The notes under the pieces are model-generated. The model made no database searches, was not told the origin of the DNA, and saw only the letters and a program-made list of their open reading frames with translations. DNA of 64,000 nucleotides from contig JBITNC010000001.1 in assembly GCA_050084985.1 (NCBI GenBank), forward strand, positions 18,042,001 to 18,106,000, given 5' to 3'. Position numbers and translations under genes: made by a program. Position 1 is the stretch's first letter, and each line of letters starts with the position of its first letter. Positions 62,575 through 64,000 of the stretch are shown in pieces. This stretch comes from Nageia nagi. Lineage: Eukaryota; Plantae; Pinophyta.

Positions 62575-64000
62575 TGATGATATTTTCAATTACTTTCAAA
62601 TAAGTTATTCCTAATATCCTATCAATGAACCTTTCATTTTTTTGATAGGATTGGACTAATTGGATCCAAGGAGTTGTTACTTAAACCTTACAAGGGTTCA
62701 CCTGTACGAAGGAGAAAGTTATTCTTTTCACTTTTAATTTGAATTTAGGATTTGATTTAAAAAGGCTTGGTTCTCTGTATGAGATAATATTATTCCTTGA
62801 ATTTGTTGAGTGGTTCTATTCCTAAGAAAATATAAAAGAATTTGAAAGCAAATGAACATGAGATAAAACTTACTATAGATCTGCAACTATGGCCAACAAA
62901 CAATTGCAATCAAAATAAATACAAGAAAGAAATTAGAGTAAAATTAAAACATAAAAGAACTTTATTTACATTCTAAACCTATGGGGAAGAGACTTTAGGG
63001 ATTGGATGAACTTTGTGTGCCCTTGCTAAGTTCATTCTAGTATAATGTTATTTACCTTACATTGAAACTGAAACTATTTCAGCTCAATGCATCATGTTAC
63101 AAACATCATACTTAGAAAACAAAGATAATATGAAGCATAAAAACTTTATTGATTTCCAAATATTGGATTTGCAATTACAATCAAATAGTGTATCTAAAAA
63201 CATGACTGTACATGATTCTTAGCCTATACTAATAATACAGTCATAAAACTAAGTGTGAACTAAACTCTAATGATTTTCCTTTACAATGTGATCCATGGGC
63301 CTACATTAACCTCTCCTAGATCCATATTTTTTCTCAACAAAAAAACTAAACAAAGTAAATGACATGCTAAAAATAGATTGTTTGTTACAACAACTATCCA
63401 TTTCATGAAATATGGATTAGATTTATGAATCTCCATAATATCTATAATTCATTACAGTTTAGATTCATTGGTGATGGATTCCTCAAGCTTAGGTCACGTC
63501 CTCAACTCTTCTTAACTAAAGTCTCCTCCCTTATTACATTTCTAGGTTTCTAGGAATAGGCCTAATGTACTTTCTGAAACCATGAATTTCCATAGCCATT
63601 TCTGTAGACATTCTATAGTATTGACAAAAAACATCTTGTAGATCATATAAAATGTCCAACACACCAAAATATATACAAATAGTAACTAATAGAAACATTT
63701 TATCATAAATATCACTTATATCAATCCATTTTATTTTTATAAGCATAAGTAATCCATATTAGTAAAACTCATCAAAGTGTCCATACACATCTTCAACATA
63801 TAAGCACTTTTAGGGGTATATGAATAGGAAACTAAGTGAAATATGAGTGTAAATTATAAACTCATAAAATATTATTATGTACAATATATAAGGACATGAT
63901 ATTCTATCATTCATGGATGGTTTTTAAGGATACAATCATATTTTAATCAATTTATAATATCAACATAAAACAAACTTCACCACTCCTTAGGGAATTTTTT
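62575..64000. mobile_element. Probable LTR of a further element interrupting the Gypsy RT; runs off the window
   Basis: RT homology stops abruptly at a TG-initiated non-coding stretch; there is no second copy in the window to confirm it. Confidence 0.4.

Overview
AT-rich, strongly CpG/CHG-depleted plant intergenic DNA made almost entirely of nested, decayed retroelements. No intact host gene, rRNA, true tRNA or CRISPR array is visible. The element families present (a Penelope-like GIY-YIG retroelement, a SIRE-like coiled-coil gag, L1 LINEs) point to a large gymnosperm, probably conifer, genome; this is inference. From left to right: an L1-type LINE (1-~3060, minus); two copies of a second L1 family joined head-to-head as a giant imperfect palindrome centred at ~10273, each arm with its own later insertions (a 2-kb non-autonomous LTR element, a Copia solo LTR, a chromovirus-type Gypsy with three in-frame catalytic-core deletions, an 8.2-kb Copia); an AT-rich inverted-repeat structure interrupted by a Penelope fragment with a hammerhead ribozyme and by a TSD-flanked non-LTR-like insert that carries a non-RT ORF and itself hosts a Copia; a ~160-bp hairpin; and an old Gypsy invaded by a 3-kb-LTR non-autonomous Copia, locally duplicated and then hit by a short-LTR Copia. 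The best candidates for novelty are the head-to-head palindromic LINE pair, the frame-preserving mini-pol Gypsy, a covarying GG-AUGUA/GAA-CC RNA motif shared by unrelated Copia and Gypsy LTRs, and the RT-less ORF-carrying insert. All alignments were done by eye, so boundaries without a TSD are approximate.
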